Assembly (NCBI RefSeq): GCF_000143415.4
Contig: NW_003314380.1
Location: 404,281 to 468,280 of the forward strand
DNA from: Selaginella moellendorffii
Lineage: Eukaryota; Plantae; Lycopodiophyta
Reading direction: 5' to 3'
Length of the DNA: 64,000 nucleotides
Below are positions 38,812 through 52,000 of the stretch, piece after piece (positions within the stretch are counted from its first letter, which is position 1; every line of letters begins with the position of its first letter). The position numbers and the translations under genes are program-made. The notes beneath the pieces are model-generated. The model was not told where the DNA came from and made no database searches. It saw nothing but the letters and a program-made list of their open reading frames with translations.

Positions 38812-40170
38812 ATGGAGAGGAAGAGAGCTGCTGGTCCGAAGAAACTACACACTCAGAAGCGATCCGACGTCATGCTCGAAAGGACCCGCCCACTGGATCC
38901 GATTAACCGAGCTCGATCAGGTTGGTCAAAACTTGAAACATCTGCACTTGTCTGACGAAGATCCTCGTTGAAGCAGGAGCAGGAGAAACTGATCATGATG
39001 CATCCGCGTTGCAGGCTGCTCCTGACGCTGGTACGAAGAATTCCTTTTGTTGGCTGACACGACTCTTTGCTGGTTTGATTCATGACTTGCAGAATATGTT
39101 CGGCAATTCCTCGCAATGGCGCAACGCTTGGAGAGATTCAAGATGCTCTCGGCGAATGTTGTGACCGGGATCGTGGAATCGATCCAAAAGGGAGGGGAGA
39201 CTCCAGTTGCAGCAGCAGGTGGATACAATAATTTCTCTCTTTGGCATCTTTTCGCTTCTGAGTGGCCCCTTGTCTCTCTTGTCCAGGCCGCTTCTGCAGC
39301 AGCTACGAAGTGCTCGCTTGTGTTGGCCAGGGGGCGTCCGGGAAAGTATACAAGTGCCGTAGCAAGGAGGACGAACAAATCTACGCCATCAAAGTCATCA
39401 AGGTTCGCACAGCAACGAAGTCCAGAGACCAGGATGTCGCGCTCGTCTTCAAGGAGGGAGAGATGCTCCAGCGCTGCGAACACCCCAACATAGTCAAATA
39501 CTTCGACATGTGGAAGGAGGAAGGCGAGCCGGGCAAGTCGAAAGTGTACATTGTCATGGAGTTTTGTGGCCGCTCGCTCCAGTCGGTGCTCCTCGGCGGT
39601 GAGTCACCACCTGCAGATGCGTTTAGGCAGCTTCTTCAAGCTGTGGCGCATGTGCACGACAACGTGGGTGTTCATCGGGATATAGCACCACACAACATCT
39701 TCGTCACAGACGATGGACGCATCAAGCTGGGAGATTTCGGTCTTGGTAGGCAAATGAAACATCTCTTCCATCTCTCATTTGTTGGCTTACAGCTAAAAAT
39801 AAGGAGTCCATGCTCGAGACCGAAAATATCAAGAAGGGGAGAGCAGTTTACTACTCTCCCCAGCGCCGGAGCAACTCAACCTACACTGACATGCTTGCGC
39901 TTGGAGTTATACTCTTCGAACTTCATTGGAGGTGTCCCCCGGACCAGGTTTGGCTGCAGTTTGTGCAACGTGCTTGCTTAGTTTGGTGAATCTGTGTAGG
40001 AAAGGGAGTCGGTATTGATTGACGTCCGGGATGGCGTTTTACCAGCAGACTGGGCGTACCAACACCCATCAATTGCGCCCAAGGTGTTGGAGCTGGTCGC
40101 AGCAAGACGCGACCAGCGTCCATCCGCGCGCGACATCCTCTGCGATCCTGCCTGGCAATCTGTTTGGTGA
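38812..40170 (+). pseudogene. Ser/Thr protein kinase (eIF2-alpha-kinase/NEK-like), probably frameshifted
   Basis: VGQGASGKVY, YAIK, HPNIVKY, HRDIAPHN, KLGDFGL. A 1-nt loss at ~39861 breaks YYSP(E)RR..TDMLALGVILFEL. The start codon is uncertain. Confidence 0.75.
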
Positions 40171-41629
40171 GTTTCTTTCATTACTCTGATTCTCTGCTTG
40201 GCTTCTAACATGTCTGTTTGCAGCTGATCGTTGTAGTTGTTTAGATTTACTTGCTCCTTTTTGTCATCTTTGTAGTCTTGGTCTTTTTCAGCATGCTGAT
40301 TTCGATTCAGAAATATGAATTCGTTGCCAGTTCATTGCATTTCTGCCAGGCCGAGTTGTTCTCGATCAAGGTTGCTGAACAACTCAAGGGCTTCCGACAT
40401 TCTTGTAGTCAGGTTCGGTTCAAGGAACAGGATTGGTAAACAGCACATTGACGGGAGATGCAACAGCGTGGTGTCCACGGCTGGCTTCTTGTAGGGTCCA
40501 TGCATCTCACCTCAAGTGGGCAGAGATCGAGTGGAAGCTGGAGAGCTATCCCAATTCTCGGGAGATGCGATGAAGAAAATGGCGGGATTGTTGATTTTTG
40601 TAGAGAGAATATTCGCACCTTTGACCTGTTGACCTTTTTACAGGGAAACGTTTTCCTACAGGCCTTTCTGAATTGAATCCAAGGAACCTGGAAGTCAAAA
40701 CAAGAGAGTAGCTTCAGAACACTCAAAAGCTCACCCCTGCAAGTTCTGTTGTGGTACAGGGTGAATGAGTTCCCCTTTTTTGACGAGTCTGCAAAATTAT
40801 AGAAAGGATGAGTCAAATGGAGAGAGAGAGAAATATATACATATATATATATGAATTGATCCAGGTTTCTTGTTTTTTTCATACCTTGAGGAACCAATCG
40901 TTCAATTCCACTGATTTCTTTGCATACTTGAATGCAAAGAATAACAAATAATGAAGCTAGGTGCTTGGTTAGATTGAGGCAAGTTTTCAAATAGCTAGAA
41001 CAATCTTTAGCTCTTTTAAGTTGTTTAGTGTTTAACTATCATGACATCAATCTTAAAACACGTCCAGAAGTTGGATTTTGTGCCCTCTAGATTAATGATG
41101 TTAATTTTAGACTCTTTGTCAGTGTTAATCCTTGTAATTTATAGGATAATATAGTGTTGCTCAGTTTTATATTGTTTTTCAAATTTTACTTGATACTCTT
41201 CCAGTTCTAGATATGAGGCAAAATAAAGAACTTCATAGTTTTTTATATGAAAACTTTAAAGTTGCTAGATTAGAGAATATTCTAGAATATACTTAGATAT
41301 TTAGGTATATTCTTTATACCTATAAAGCGAAATGTAAAGAAAATCCAAATTAAGAACACTAAAGTATTCACAAATGAAAATCACGATTTAAACATTGTAC
41401 ATTAAAACCGTTTTGATCAGCTACAAACTAATCACTCAAGTGACCAGCTTCATTTCAATACCAGAATGTGGATATTCAGTACCGTGGTTCCTCTGCTGCA
41501 AACGAAAACACGTAAAAATACTTGTAGGGCAGGGACAATAACATCGTCCTATTCATCTTCATTGTTTTTGGTTTAGTGTTGACCACCAAACCTAAGTTGG
41601 ATATAAACAGCTTTTTGCTTTTCCTTGGA

Positions 41630-41935
41630 CTTTCCGAGAATGTGGATCACTATTGGATTTGTATGGCTGGGTCGCATCCCAGTATGCAAATGATCTTGTG
41701 CGCCTCATGACACCCAATGCGTGATACACGACTGTCAAGGCGTTTGTGGAGAGTTACTTTGGCTACGACATGACTTTTGGGTGTTGTCGCGGGTGTCTTG
41801 GTCGGCTTCCCGGTCTTCTTTGCCTTCATGTTTGCCTAATGTATCAAGTACCAGGAGGTAGCTCATTTTTTCCAATCTCTTTCAGGCTCGGTCAAGCAAA
41901 AGTTGTGAGCTCATTACTAGGATGATACACTTTTG
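41630..41935 (+). pseudogene. PDR last-exon and 3'UTR remnant; mirror at ~55670-55970 (-)
   Basis: [13 protein letters not shown] and 3'UTR similar to 6310-6650. Confidence 0.8.
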
Positions 41936-42079
41936 AAGCAGAAGAGCTTGAAAACTTGGTGTTCTTTTGGCTTGTTTTACCATTTTGTTTCACACAAGAC
42001 ATGCAGGAAATCCTGAGCTCGAAAGTCACTTCCATAAACTATTGGGGGGAAAATTATAACATATATTACAAAATACAAT

Positions 42080-42364
42080 AATCAGTTAACACAACCCATT
42101 CATCATCAAATGGATCTGGGACGTACAATTTGCCTTGCTTCTCCACATTGTCCAATATTCCAGCGATGGGTAACTTTGGTAAAATCCACACACTTTGGCA
42201 GGGCAAGAAGGAAAGGGGCTACATCTGCCAAGAAGTCCTGCTTGAAATCCCGAAACCCTACATGGTCAAGATTCTTGACTTTCATCCCGTCCTTTAGGAC
42301 AACACAATTGCAACCATGTAGCCTCCTCTACACAAGCCTCCGAGTAGGATCCAGATGGTCAACC
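42080..42364 (-). pseudogene. 3' fragment of the FCP1-like phosphatase; mirror at 55247-55535 (+)
   Basis: VDHLDP..VKNLDHVGFRDFK..FLADVAPFLL, with internal deletions. Confidence 0.8.
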
Positions 42365-42758
42365 TTTCAATGGCTTTTGTAATCCACTTAAATATTATAA
42401 AAAAAAGTAAGTTTTTTATATATATCTTATTTCTTTTGATATGTTTTGTCTTTACAAAGATATATGATGTGGACAAATCAAAAAGTTAAATCTATATATG
42501 ATTTTGGGATTGAAAGGTAATCTTGCAAAAAGGCATGTTCGCGTGCTTGTGTGTATTCACCATTATTATATATGGTAGGCCAGCTATATAAAATAAGGCT
42601 ACATATTAATTATATACTAGTTTTTAGCTACTAAGATTGACAATTATGATTTAATATATTGTCATGTAATAATAAAACATCATTCCCAAGATTGAAATAT
42701 AGTATATTAATTAGAGAATTCTTATTGTTGGGAAGTTTAATTCTTCTTGTGCGTTGCA

Positions 42759-43301
42759 ATGGTTAGGAAGAAGTTTACTTTTAGTCTCGGAAGCCTTTCA
42801 TATGAGTTTCCACCTTCATCTTTAATCTTAACCAATAATCCACTTTCACCTCTATGCAATAATCCTCCTTTTCATTTTGAGGCTCTTCCATTTGCAACCT
42901 CGAGTGCAACTGAATAGGAATTCCTGTTTTATGATGTTGTTAAAAGAGTTGGATTGCCTCCAATGCTCCAAAAACAATGTCAATATTTTCTTTAAAATCT
43001 TGCTCTAGATATGGCAAGGGAGCTTAATGTAGATATATATTATTTTCAGTGTCCTATATGCAACTTTTATTTAAACAAGACAGATGGTTGCATGGGTTTG
43101 GTAAAGTTTATTGAGCATTGTTGCAAATGCCTAAGAGTGGGTTTGGAAGGTGTGCACACGTGGATGTATAAGAAAATCAAGAAAGAATTAAAAACACATA
43201 GCTATTATGATTTCATGGTGGAAAACAATATTCCATTAGTGAACACTACATCAGTAAGTGCTAAATATGGGATATTTAGGCCACCCTTTAATGTAATATG
43301 A
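42759..43301 (+). pseudogene. Small Cys/His-rich protein, paralogue 1 (~180 codons, two internal stops); mirror at ~54380-54852 (-)
   Basis: One frame from ATG 42759; YYFQCPICNFYL...EHCCKC..VGLEGVH.WMYKKIKKEL. Confidence 0.6.
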
Positions 43302-43559
43302 AAGTTATGCATAGTTTTTTCAAAAGTTTAATTTTTTATGAGTAAAGTGGAGAATCTTATATTTTTGAGAATGATATTATTCTAGCATGTATAAAGATAT
43401 TATTATATATACAAGTGGTTCTGACACTATTATAATTCTGAAGTCCCATTTTTGAGACTGACAATTTAAACTTTCAAGAATCCCTAGATCTTTTCTTAGT
43501 ATAAATATCGACAAGGGATGCTTTCAACATTGAAATTTCAGTTTGTTTAGAGTGTAGGA

Positions 43560-44108
43560 ATGGCTAGGGAAAATGCTATTGCTACTCACACTTGGCCCCC
43601 ATGCATTTCATATGAGTCTCTACTTTCGTCTTCAACTTCTACTAACATTCCACCCTTCCTTCCACACAACAATCGTTATAAGGCTTTTTCTTTTGTAGCC
43701 CCAAGTGTGATTGAACAAGAGATCCCTCTTCCAGATAATGTTCTAGATGTTGCTACTAAAGATGGATTGCCTTATGTGCTTCAAGAGTGATGCCAGATGT
43801 TTCTTCAAAATCTTGCTCCAGATATGGTTGAAACTTTTGAAAGAATGAACACATATTATCTCCAGTGTCCCATTTGCTACTTTTATTTAGATAAAAAGGA
43901 AGGCTGTATGAGTCTAAAAACTTTTCTAGAACGTTGTCACAACTGCCCAAGAATTGGTGTGGAAGGTGTGCATAAATGAATGTATAAGAAAATCAAGAAA
44001 GAGTTAAGAACACACAATCATTATCATTTCATGGTGAGGAACAATATTCCGTTAGTAAATCCTACATCCACAAGTGTTGAATATGGTACTTTTAGGCCAT
44101 CCTATTGA
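43560..44108 (+). pseudogene. Small Cys/His-rich protein, paralogue 2 (182 codons, two TGA stops); mirror at 53580-54128 (-)
   Basis: YYLQCPICYFYL...ERCHNC..IGVEGVH.*MYKKIKKEL; aligns with paralogue 1. Confidence 0.6.
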
Positions 44109-44231
44109 AAATTCTAGCTACTAATAATTCTTATACTATGATAATATCCATTCCCCCCCCTTGCCTTTTTTTTATTAACAAAATTGTTTTACCTATAGAT
44201 AATAAACTCATAATACTAGTAATTATGAAAT

Positions 44232-44365
44232 TTGACAGACTGACATTGTAACTCTGTCATCTCTGACACTGACATTGTCTTTGTCACTGATACTATCACT
44301 GTCACTATTTGCTGCATTGACACTGTCACTGTCACAATCATTATCACATTGACATGTGACACATC
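44232..44365. repeat. Cluster of TGACA/TGTCA(CT) motifs; mirror at ~53325-53456
   Basis: More than ten TGACA/TGTCA cores in ~130 bp. Confidence 0.7.
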
Positions 44366-44534
44366 TTTCTTATTGCAAGTGGATGCATTCAATTGTCTTT
44401 TAATGTATCATTAATAAATAAATTTTTCATACCACTCCTCAATTTACACATTGCATATGATGTGCTATGCATACCTAGGAAAACTTCTAGAAAACTAAAT
44501 ATATATTATATATAAGTTTTTAAAACATCATAAA

Positions 44535-44885
44535 TTACCTCCTAGAAGCAACTGATAGAGAAGGACAAAAACCTCTAAGACGGTGTTTAAAGAACTCATA
44601 TTCTTCAATCGCAAACACTGATCTACAAGAGTCATGTGCTGCTTCAACCATCGAACCACTACCTACTATGCAATCGATGATAACACCCCTAGTTGGGCAA
44701 TAAAGCTCAAGTAGGACATGCATCGCCAATGGAGATCGGAACCAATACCCAGACAATGTGTTGTGAATGTCGTCATCTACAAGATTTGGTATAATGTCAG
44801 TAAAGCTATCATACCCTAGCAAAACCCTTGCAGCACGCTCGCTATCACAAAAACCATTATTTTCTCTTTTGCAGAACACATGGTA
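44535..44885 (-). pseudogene. Duplicated last exon of the methyltransferase gene (inner end of the left IR arm)
   Basis: Reverse complement of 52803-53153; GVIIDCIVGSGS. Confidence 0.85.
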
Positions 44886-44959
44886 ATTTTTATTAATTAT
44901 ATAAGGTATAATTAATTTATATTATTGATAGAGAATAAACATCGATAGTGCTGGAAAAT

Positions 44960-47900
44960 CTAATTAGCTCCAAAAGTTTTCTGCAACTTAGCAATAGTAA
45001 GGCTTGCTTGGTGTATATAAATATCCACTTTAAGATCCTGGTGCAAGATGTTGATGAAGATGTAGTATATATGCTTACAAGAAGCATATGCCTTCCCATG
45101 TTTTTCGCGTTTTGTAAAGTCTGGACATGTGCAAGAAGGAAAGTCTTGAATGGCAATTGTGTACTTTCCACCTTTTGTTTTGACTATGTACTCTTTTGCA
45201 AGCGCAATAATGTACTTCATGGAGAGAATCTCATACTCAAGTGTTCGAGCCAAATTTATTTTACCTTGCTTCTGCTTGGAGATGGTACCAATAAATTTAA
45301 TTGCCTTACCTTTTCTCGCTGGCCTCCTATGCATCTTTGTAGGAACAGTCTTGGTTTTATCACTCATGTGTCCAACTCTCCTTTCAAGATTAAAACCAGA
45401 TTTCTCAAGGTTTTCAATCTCATCCGAGGTGAGCGCAACCCCATTAGCAATTGGCCATTCTTTAGGTACTGCATCAGGTTTAGTCTCTATAGTGTCTTCA
45501 AGCTGCTTTGTATGGTTGACATCAATGTTGCAGCAATATAACCAACACCATCTTGAAAATCCTACTTGCTTTCATTCCCCATGGAAACATGGGGCTGGAA
45601 CAAAAGCAGACTTGTCACCACGGATCCAAGCCTAACACTTGCCCCTCGAAAGCATCCCCACACACCTTACATTTGATTTTGCTGGCACTCAATGGATTGC
45701 CCATTGCTTTAGCTCCACGCTACGATAAACAATTTCAACTTGCTGTGATGCACTTTCTTCATTAGGCACTTGAGGTGGCTCGGTTCAGGGGTGATGTCTT
45801 GGAGCAGAATGATACTCAATATCAGGTTTGTGAGAGCTTTTTGCTCCAAGATCTATGCTAACATCTTCACCAGCAAAGGAAAAGCGATGCTTTGAGCGGA
45901 TAGTCTTTATATCACCAATAGAAGCCCGGGGAGTGTACTCCATAGATGTTCCATGGACCACTTACTTCACTGCAGTTGCCACTGTTCGTGCTGGTGGAGT
46001 CACTTTCTTCTTGTAACATCTCAACTGAAGGTCCTGTTCCCATGTATCTTCCTTCCTCAAATGCCAAGGCTTTTGAAGACTACTCTACAACGCGCATCAA
46101 ATTTGATAGACATGCTTCATATAGACTCATCTTCCCTTTCCCTGCCTTAGAGGAACGCCAGCTCCAATGTTTACTCTCTGAGATATTCACATCCCTAACT
46201 ATTCACAGTTAGGGTGTATGCAAGATCCTCAAGTGGTTGATCCTTATAAAAAGATGATATTCAAAAGCAATAAAAAGAGAGGAAAAAAAGAAAAACCAAC
46301 CTGAAAAGAGTGATGTCCCCATTGGAACATTCTAACTTCTCACCACCCCAACCACAACTCAAGTTGTGGTAGACAACTTACGTCAGTATGGCTATCTTCA
46401 TGCCACCACATTCAAATCTCAATTGTTTTTGCCTCGTGCTCTTCTTCAGAAGGTGCAACCTGCCATTGTTTGCACAACTCCTTAAATGCTAATTGGAAAT
46501 CTGGCTTGATAAGGTGGCAGTGTTAGTTTACGCTTTGAGCCTAATAGAATTCACAAATCCTTTCACGACCTTCTAGGGGTCGACCATTCCCAAAGACTAC
46601 CCGGACACCATTCCAATTAGCCCCAGCCCCATCTGCCATGAAACCACGAAAGTTGGTAGGCTTACCAGTCCGTTTTAATACAATGTCAGAGAGGGACTTC
46701 GAAAATATTTCCTGAGCCATCTGGTTTTGTATTTTAAACTCTGTTGTTGCAATTGTCAAGTTACAATATAGCTTGTGAAAAAGGCAATACTTAAAACCAT
46801 TTTAAGATAATGAGAAAAAAAACTACCTCAAGTCATACACATAAGCTCCCATGGTTATCCAACCCACCATCCGCTCCATATGGTCAAAATGTACCCATGC
46901 ATTAGCAAGGTCACTTGATTTAGACATATCCATTTAGGAAACAAGATCCACACCAGAGATAGGGCCCATGGTAGACATTTAGGGGCACTCTTGCTCACTA
47001 ACGACTTGATCTAGAAATAAACTCCCATGGATAAACTCGTAGGGACAAATCCATTTTAGTTCAAGGATTGAGTTGATTTTTTTTGGAGTTTCCCCTCTCG
47101 AGATTCACACATCCAAGATTTTATCTTAAATAAAACAAAATGTAAGAGAGATATTATTGAAAAGTATGTAATAATATTTTCATACCTCCTGAGGCTAGTT
47201 GCAGTTTGCACATGTCATAGTAACTCCCGCAAGCTAGTCTCATCCAGTTGAGTATTTTTGTAATTTGAAGCACTGTCTTTTGAATATGCTTCGGAGTTGC
47301 AGATGAGTTTCTCATAGTCTCTATTTACACTGCATCTTTGAAATGGTTGACTGAACTCTTTTGTATCCCTTCTTGCATTGGATGTGTGTGCGTGCCAATA
47401 TGTACTGCAGCTCTACCAGCCTCTCCATCCCGTTTAAGAAAATAGTACATCTTGGCCTCGCAGATAGCACAACACAATAGAGCATTCTTGCAAAACTAAC
47501 ACTTGAATCCAACACCAATGGTGTCACAGATGGGAGGATTGGTTATAGATCCTTCAAAGAATATGGAGTTTTTACCACGCTCTCGATTGCATGCTTTATT
47601 CACACAATCCAAATACCCACCACAATGAACCATGGACACTGTGCCTTTGAAATGCTGGAAATGTGTGGTCTTGATCTTGCACCAGTTGTGAAAGTCCTAC
47701 TTCGTCTCCATCCCCTTTTGTTTTGAGCTGACAAAAGGTTGTAGTTCAAAGAAGATATTGCCATTGTATGTAGATGGGAGCTCGCTAACGGGCCTATGCA
47801 AAAAGGAATACACGTCGATAAAGAGGCGGGAAAACTGGAAAGCATTGCAAACAGCTTTGAATATTGGTGAAGTTTGAGTTTGGAAATTCTTAGCTCGCAC

Positions 47901-48150
47901 TGGACTAAAATCTCCATTAGAACTAAAAGAAGAAGAAATGATAACGACCAAATCTTGCTTCACATTCACTTTGGCAGGATTGCAGCCTCACACTTTGATT
48001 AGAGATCCAAAAACTCAAATCTCCTTCGACCTTAAATGTTGCAAATCCCAATGTTGTCCACCTTCACCTACACCTGAAAGAAGAAACTCTGATTGTTCAA
48101 TTACACCAATGTTGTTGTGAATCACAGCCTCCAATGAAATAGAATTGAGA
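44960..48150 (-). pseudogene. MULE-type transposase (GCM-like, DDE, SWIM), copy 2
   Basis: AWVHFDHMERMVGW, FMADGAGANWN..ICEFY, PSCTCPDF..CKH. Shares several stop codons with copy 1. Confidence 0.78.
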
Positions 48151-49025
48151 GAAAGATCAAAATGTCGGCAAAGAAAACTTTCTGAAATAAGACTTTGAGA
48201 GAAAAAAAGCAGTGGGTGATTTTGGTAATGCAAAAGGAAACTCTCCATTTTATTACCTTTAGGTTTTGGAACTTTGAACTTTTATAAAGAAATGTCACCT
48301 CAACCATGTGCTATGCCATTATGTGAAAAGAAAGGGCGATTTTATTCTAGGATCTAACATCGAATAATGTTGTTATAATAAATTCTATATGAAGTATATA
48401 GGACTATGTTGTACAATATTAAAAGTCTGTATACATTGAATTCAAAACCATGCTCAAATTTATTATATGGACTAACTTTTGGTAGAACGGAAAGAAATAT
48501 CACCTTAAGCATATGCTATAATATGAAAGATAGGAATGATTTTATTCTAGGATTTACCATCAACCAACTGTTGCCAAACAAATTAAATATTGTACATATT
48601 TTCAATACTTCATTAAAGCTAGAAATCATCACATTCTTCTGAACTCATTTAAATATATTCCATCTTTGTACTACCATCTATCACCTATAGTAAATTATCT
48701 ATATATATTGCTTTGGAAATAACACCTTACGATTTAATAATCTTATATTTTCTGACAAGATGCTATTACTTGCAAGAAACACATAATTCTCATTTATAAT
48801 TTCGTACTATCATCAATTCAACACATGCGTTTGTGACATTATTTCCACATTATGGCATAGTCATATTAAAGCACACCTCCATTATTAAATTACAACTCAA
48901 AAGGACTTTGTCATGTGATCAAATCTAGGACATAATAAAAATTGTACATTGCTAGCAAATATTTGCAGAATGCAATGAGAGTGGGAGATTGGGAGTGACT
49001 GTGGGATCCATTAGCGATGAACAGA

Positions 49026-52000
49026 ATGCCGCCAAGAGTAAGTTTTTTACTCCTCCACTCCCTCTCCTCCACTCCCACACCACGCCAAGTGCCGCCACTG
49101 CCTAGGGCCGCCGCTGCCCATCACCGCCACACCCAGTGCTGCCATGCCCACGCCATGCCACGCCCATCGCCGCCACTGCCCAGGGCCACCACTGCCCAGC
49201 ATCGCCACTGCCAAGTGCCCGGGCCGAGCATTTGGCCGGGCACTCCGCCCGAGCAGGCCATCGGTACACTAGCGAACCAGCGCCCGTGCCAAGTGCCCGT
49301 GCCAAGTGCCCGGGCCAGGCACTCTGCGTGGGGCCAGCAAAGGCACTTGGGGGCAGGCCGGCCAAGGCGTTTGGGGGCAGGCCAGTTCGCTGGCGAACCA
49401 GCTCTCCCCCAAGCGCCTTGGCCAGCCCGCGTCAAGTGCCTGGCCTAGGCATTTAGACTTGGCGCTGGGGGGAGGGCCAGTTTGCTGGCAAACTGGCCCA
49501 CCCCCAAGTGCCTTCACCAGCCCGCGCCAAATGCCCAGCCCGGGCACTTGGACTTGGCATTGGGGGGAGGGCTAGTTTGCCAGCGAACCAGCTCCTGCGC
49601 CAAGTCCACGCCCCAAAGTCCTCGCTTCTTATGCATTTTTAATTTATATTGAGTTATTTTTATTTTCAGAAATGGAAGCAACTACAAATGGAGAAGGATG
49701 TTGGATCAAAGAAAAGACATAAGGAAGATGAGATCCAAGACGACAATCAAGTTGACCTTCAGATAGAGATTTCCACAACGACAACTCTACCGTCTTCACA
49801 ACTAGATAGCTCCAGTCCACATGCACCCCCATTTTTGCCACCACCACCATTACCACTGCCACCACCATTGCCACCTCTACCTTCATCACCACCATTACCA
49901 CCACCGTCATCACCACCATTACTACCACTGCCATCATCGCCATTATTACCACCACCACCGCCACCATCATCACCACCAGTAGCGCGATTGTCGTCACTAC
50001 CATTGCAGCCACAACCACAAATGCCACTACTCTTAACATATTCACAAAATATGGCAGAAACTAGCTACATTACAAAGTAGTGCCCAAGTGCGCTTGACGG
50101 GGGTGTTGGGCCCAAGCTAGGGGCTAGATCTGATAATGGTGCTACTAAAAGTGTAGTTGAAGCTGAAAGAGAAGTGGAGTTACCTGAACACATTGTAGAC
50201 AAGCGCTTCCAAGAGACAGTTTTGAGAACCAAAGAAAAGGCCATTCACACGACTCTAGAGTTTCTCAAGTGGGAAGGCCCGGGAGACATAATCCGAGAAA
50301 TCCCACTATATCGATTCACTTAAACAAGCATCATTCGGTTTGCTTCACCGCACTTCATCAACATGAACATCTATAGTCTATACAAACATAATGGCCTTGG
50401 GACAAACATAGGTATGTTCCTTGTTTTAGTCTTCAAGCCAGGAATGACAAATACCCTCTCGGTGTCACCAGAAATTGAGAGGGTTTGGGATGACATTTGG
50501 AATATGAAGTCCCGCAAATTTGAAAACATGCTTATGAGCCATCCTAAGACTCAACAATTTGTGGGGAAAATATTCTACATTATCGACGGGAATCATTGCT
50601 GGTGTGCATGGATGAAGTGCATCAATGAATGCTTTCGAGAGGATCCTGTCTATCACATCAATGTTCCGGTTGGACATGTATATACGAGAGGATCTCTAGA
50701 TGTGGCAAGGCTTGTGATAGCTTGCCACAAAATTAATACGTATGTACCACTCCCTCTTCAATCACTTTTAACAATTTGTGTTTTGCAAGTTGGGACAGTT
50801 TGCAGTGCAGAAACAAAGCCTAGTATATGATATTGAGTAGATCCGGTTTCTTGCCAATCTCGACGAAGATGCAGTCTGCAGCCACTATGGTGATGATCTA
50901 ACATCACTTATTCGGCATCATCGAGGTCGTCAAGATGCCAATAGATGGTACAAGAATCCAATGGCTTTTATGACAACTGTGTGAAGTAAGGTATGTTCTT
51001 CCAAGCATAGAATGTTTGTGTTGTCTTCAGCCATTGGTGAAGGTTAAGCAAGATGCATATGCACAGTCGCATCGAGCTGAAAATGATCAAAAACTCTTGG
51101 AGCATTTAGCTACAATTGACAAGAAAATCAACAACACAAAGAAGACAAAAGTAAAGAAATTACTTAGTGTGGCTGACCTTCGACGCCCAAAGGAGTGGTT
51201 TGATATTATAATAGAGATTTCTTGTCATGAAAGTAAGTATTGTTTGCGTTTACATGAAGGTTACTCACAAAAGTTATTTCTTAGTGGTCAAGACTCCAGA
51301 TGAGATTATTTACAACATCTCAAAGTCAAAGTTTACATATTAGGAACAGATACACATTCTGAGCGACCTCAATAGTAGACTCAAGGAAGGAGAAAAAGGT
51401 TTGGATAGTATGATGGAGACTATTATGAGGAGGACCGTCTATATTTCACAAACTGTATATGAAAGGAAGATGTTTCTAGCGTCTTTTATAGGGGATGATC
51501 TTGAGCAATTTCCATTCAAGGACTTCATCACCACTGAGCTTACAAAACTCGGAGAGGACTGGCTGCCAAAGAAGGCCACAAGCACGACTCTATTTGATAA
51601 ACAACTTGGCCAACTTTACTTCATGCATGGAGTGGCTTTAAAGTAACATACAATTTCTCAACTATACTCAATTTGTTTATATTCTATTATAGGTATCTCC
51701 AATATAGAGGCGTTCCCGGTATGCACACGACTCCTGAGGCATGGTGTGAGAGATGGAGGCATGTACTCGACAACAATGAAGTTTCCAGTGGCAATAAAGC
51801 GAGCTTATCCTTGGGAATTGGAGATGCCAAATTATACACCAACCCACCAAGAGGCTGCAAGAGGCAACAATGAAAACGTGCCAGATGACAAAGATGATGG
51901 CCATGAGAATGTCAACACTATTGGTGCTAATGGTGAGGAGAGTGAAGATGGCGGTGAGAACGATTTGCAAGAAATTCCTTGAGACGAAGTCCAACAAGAG

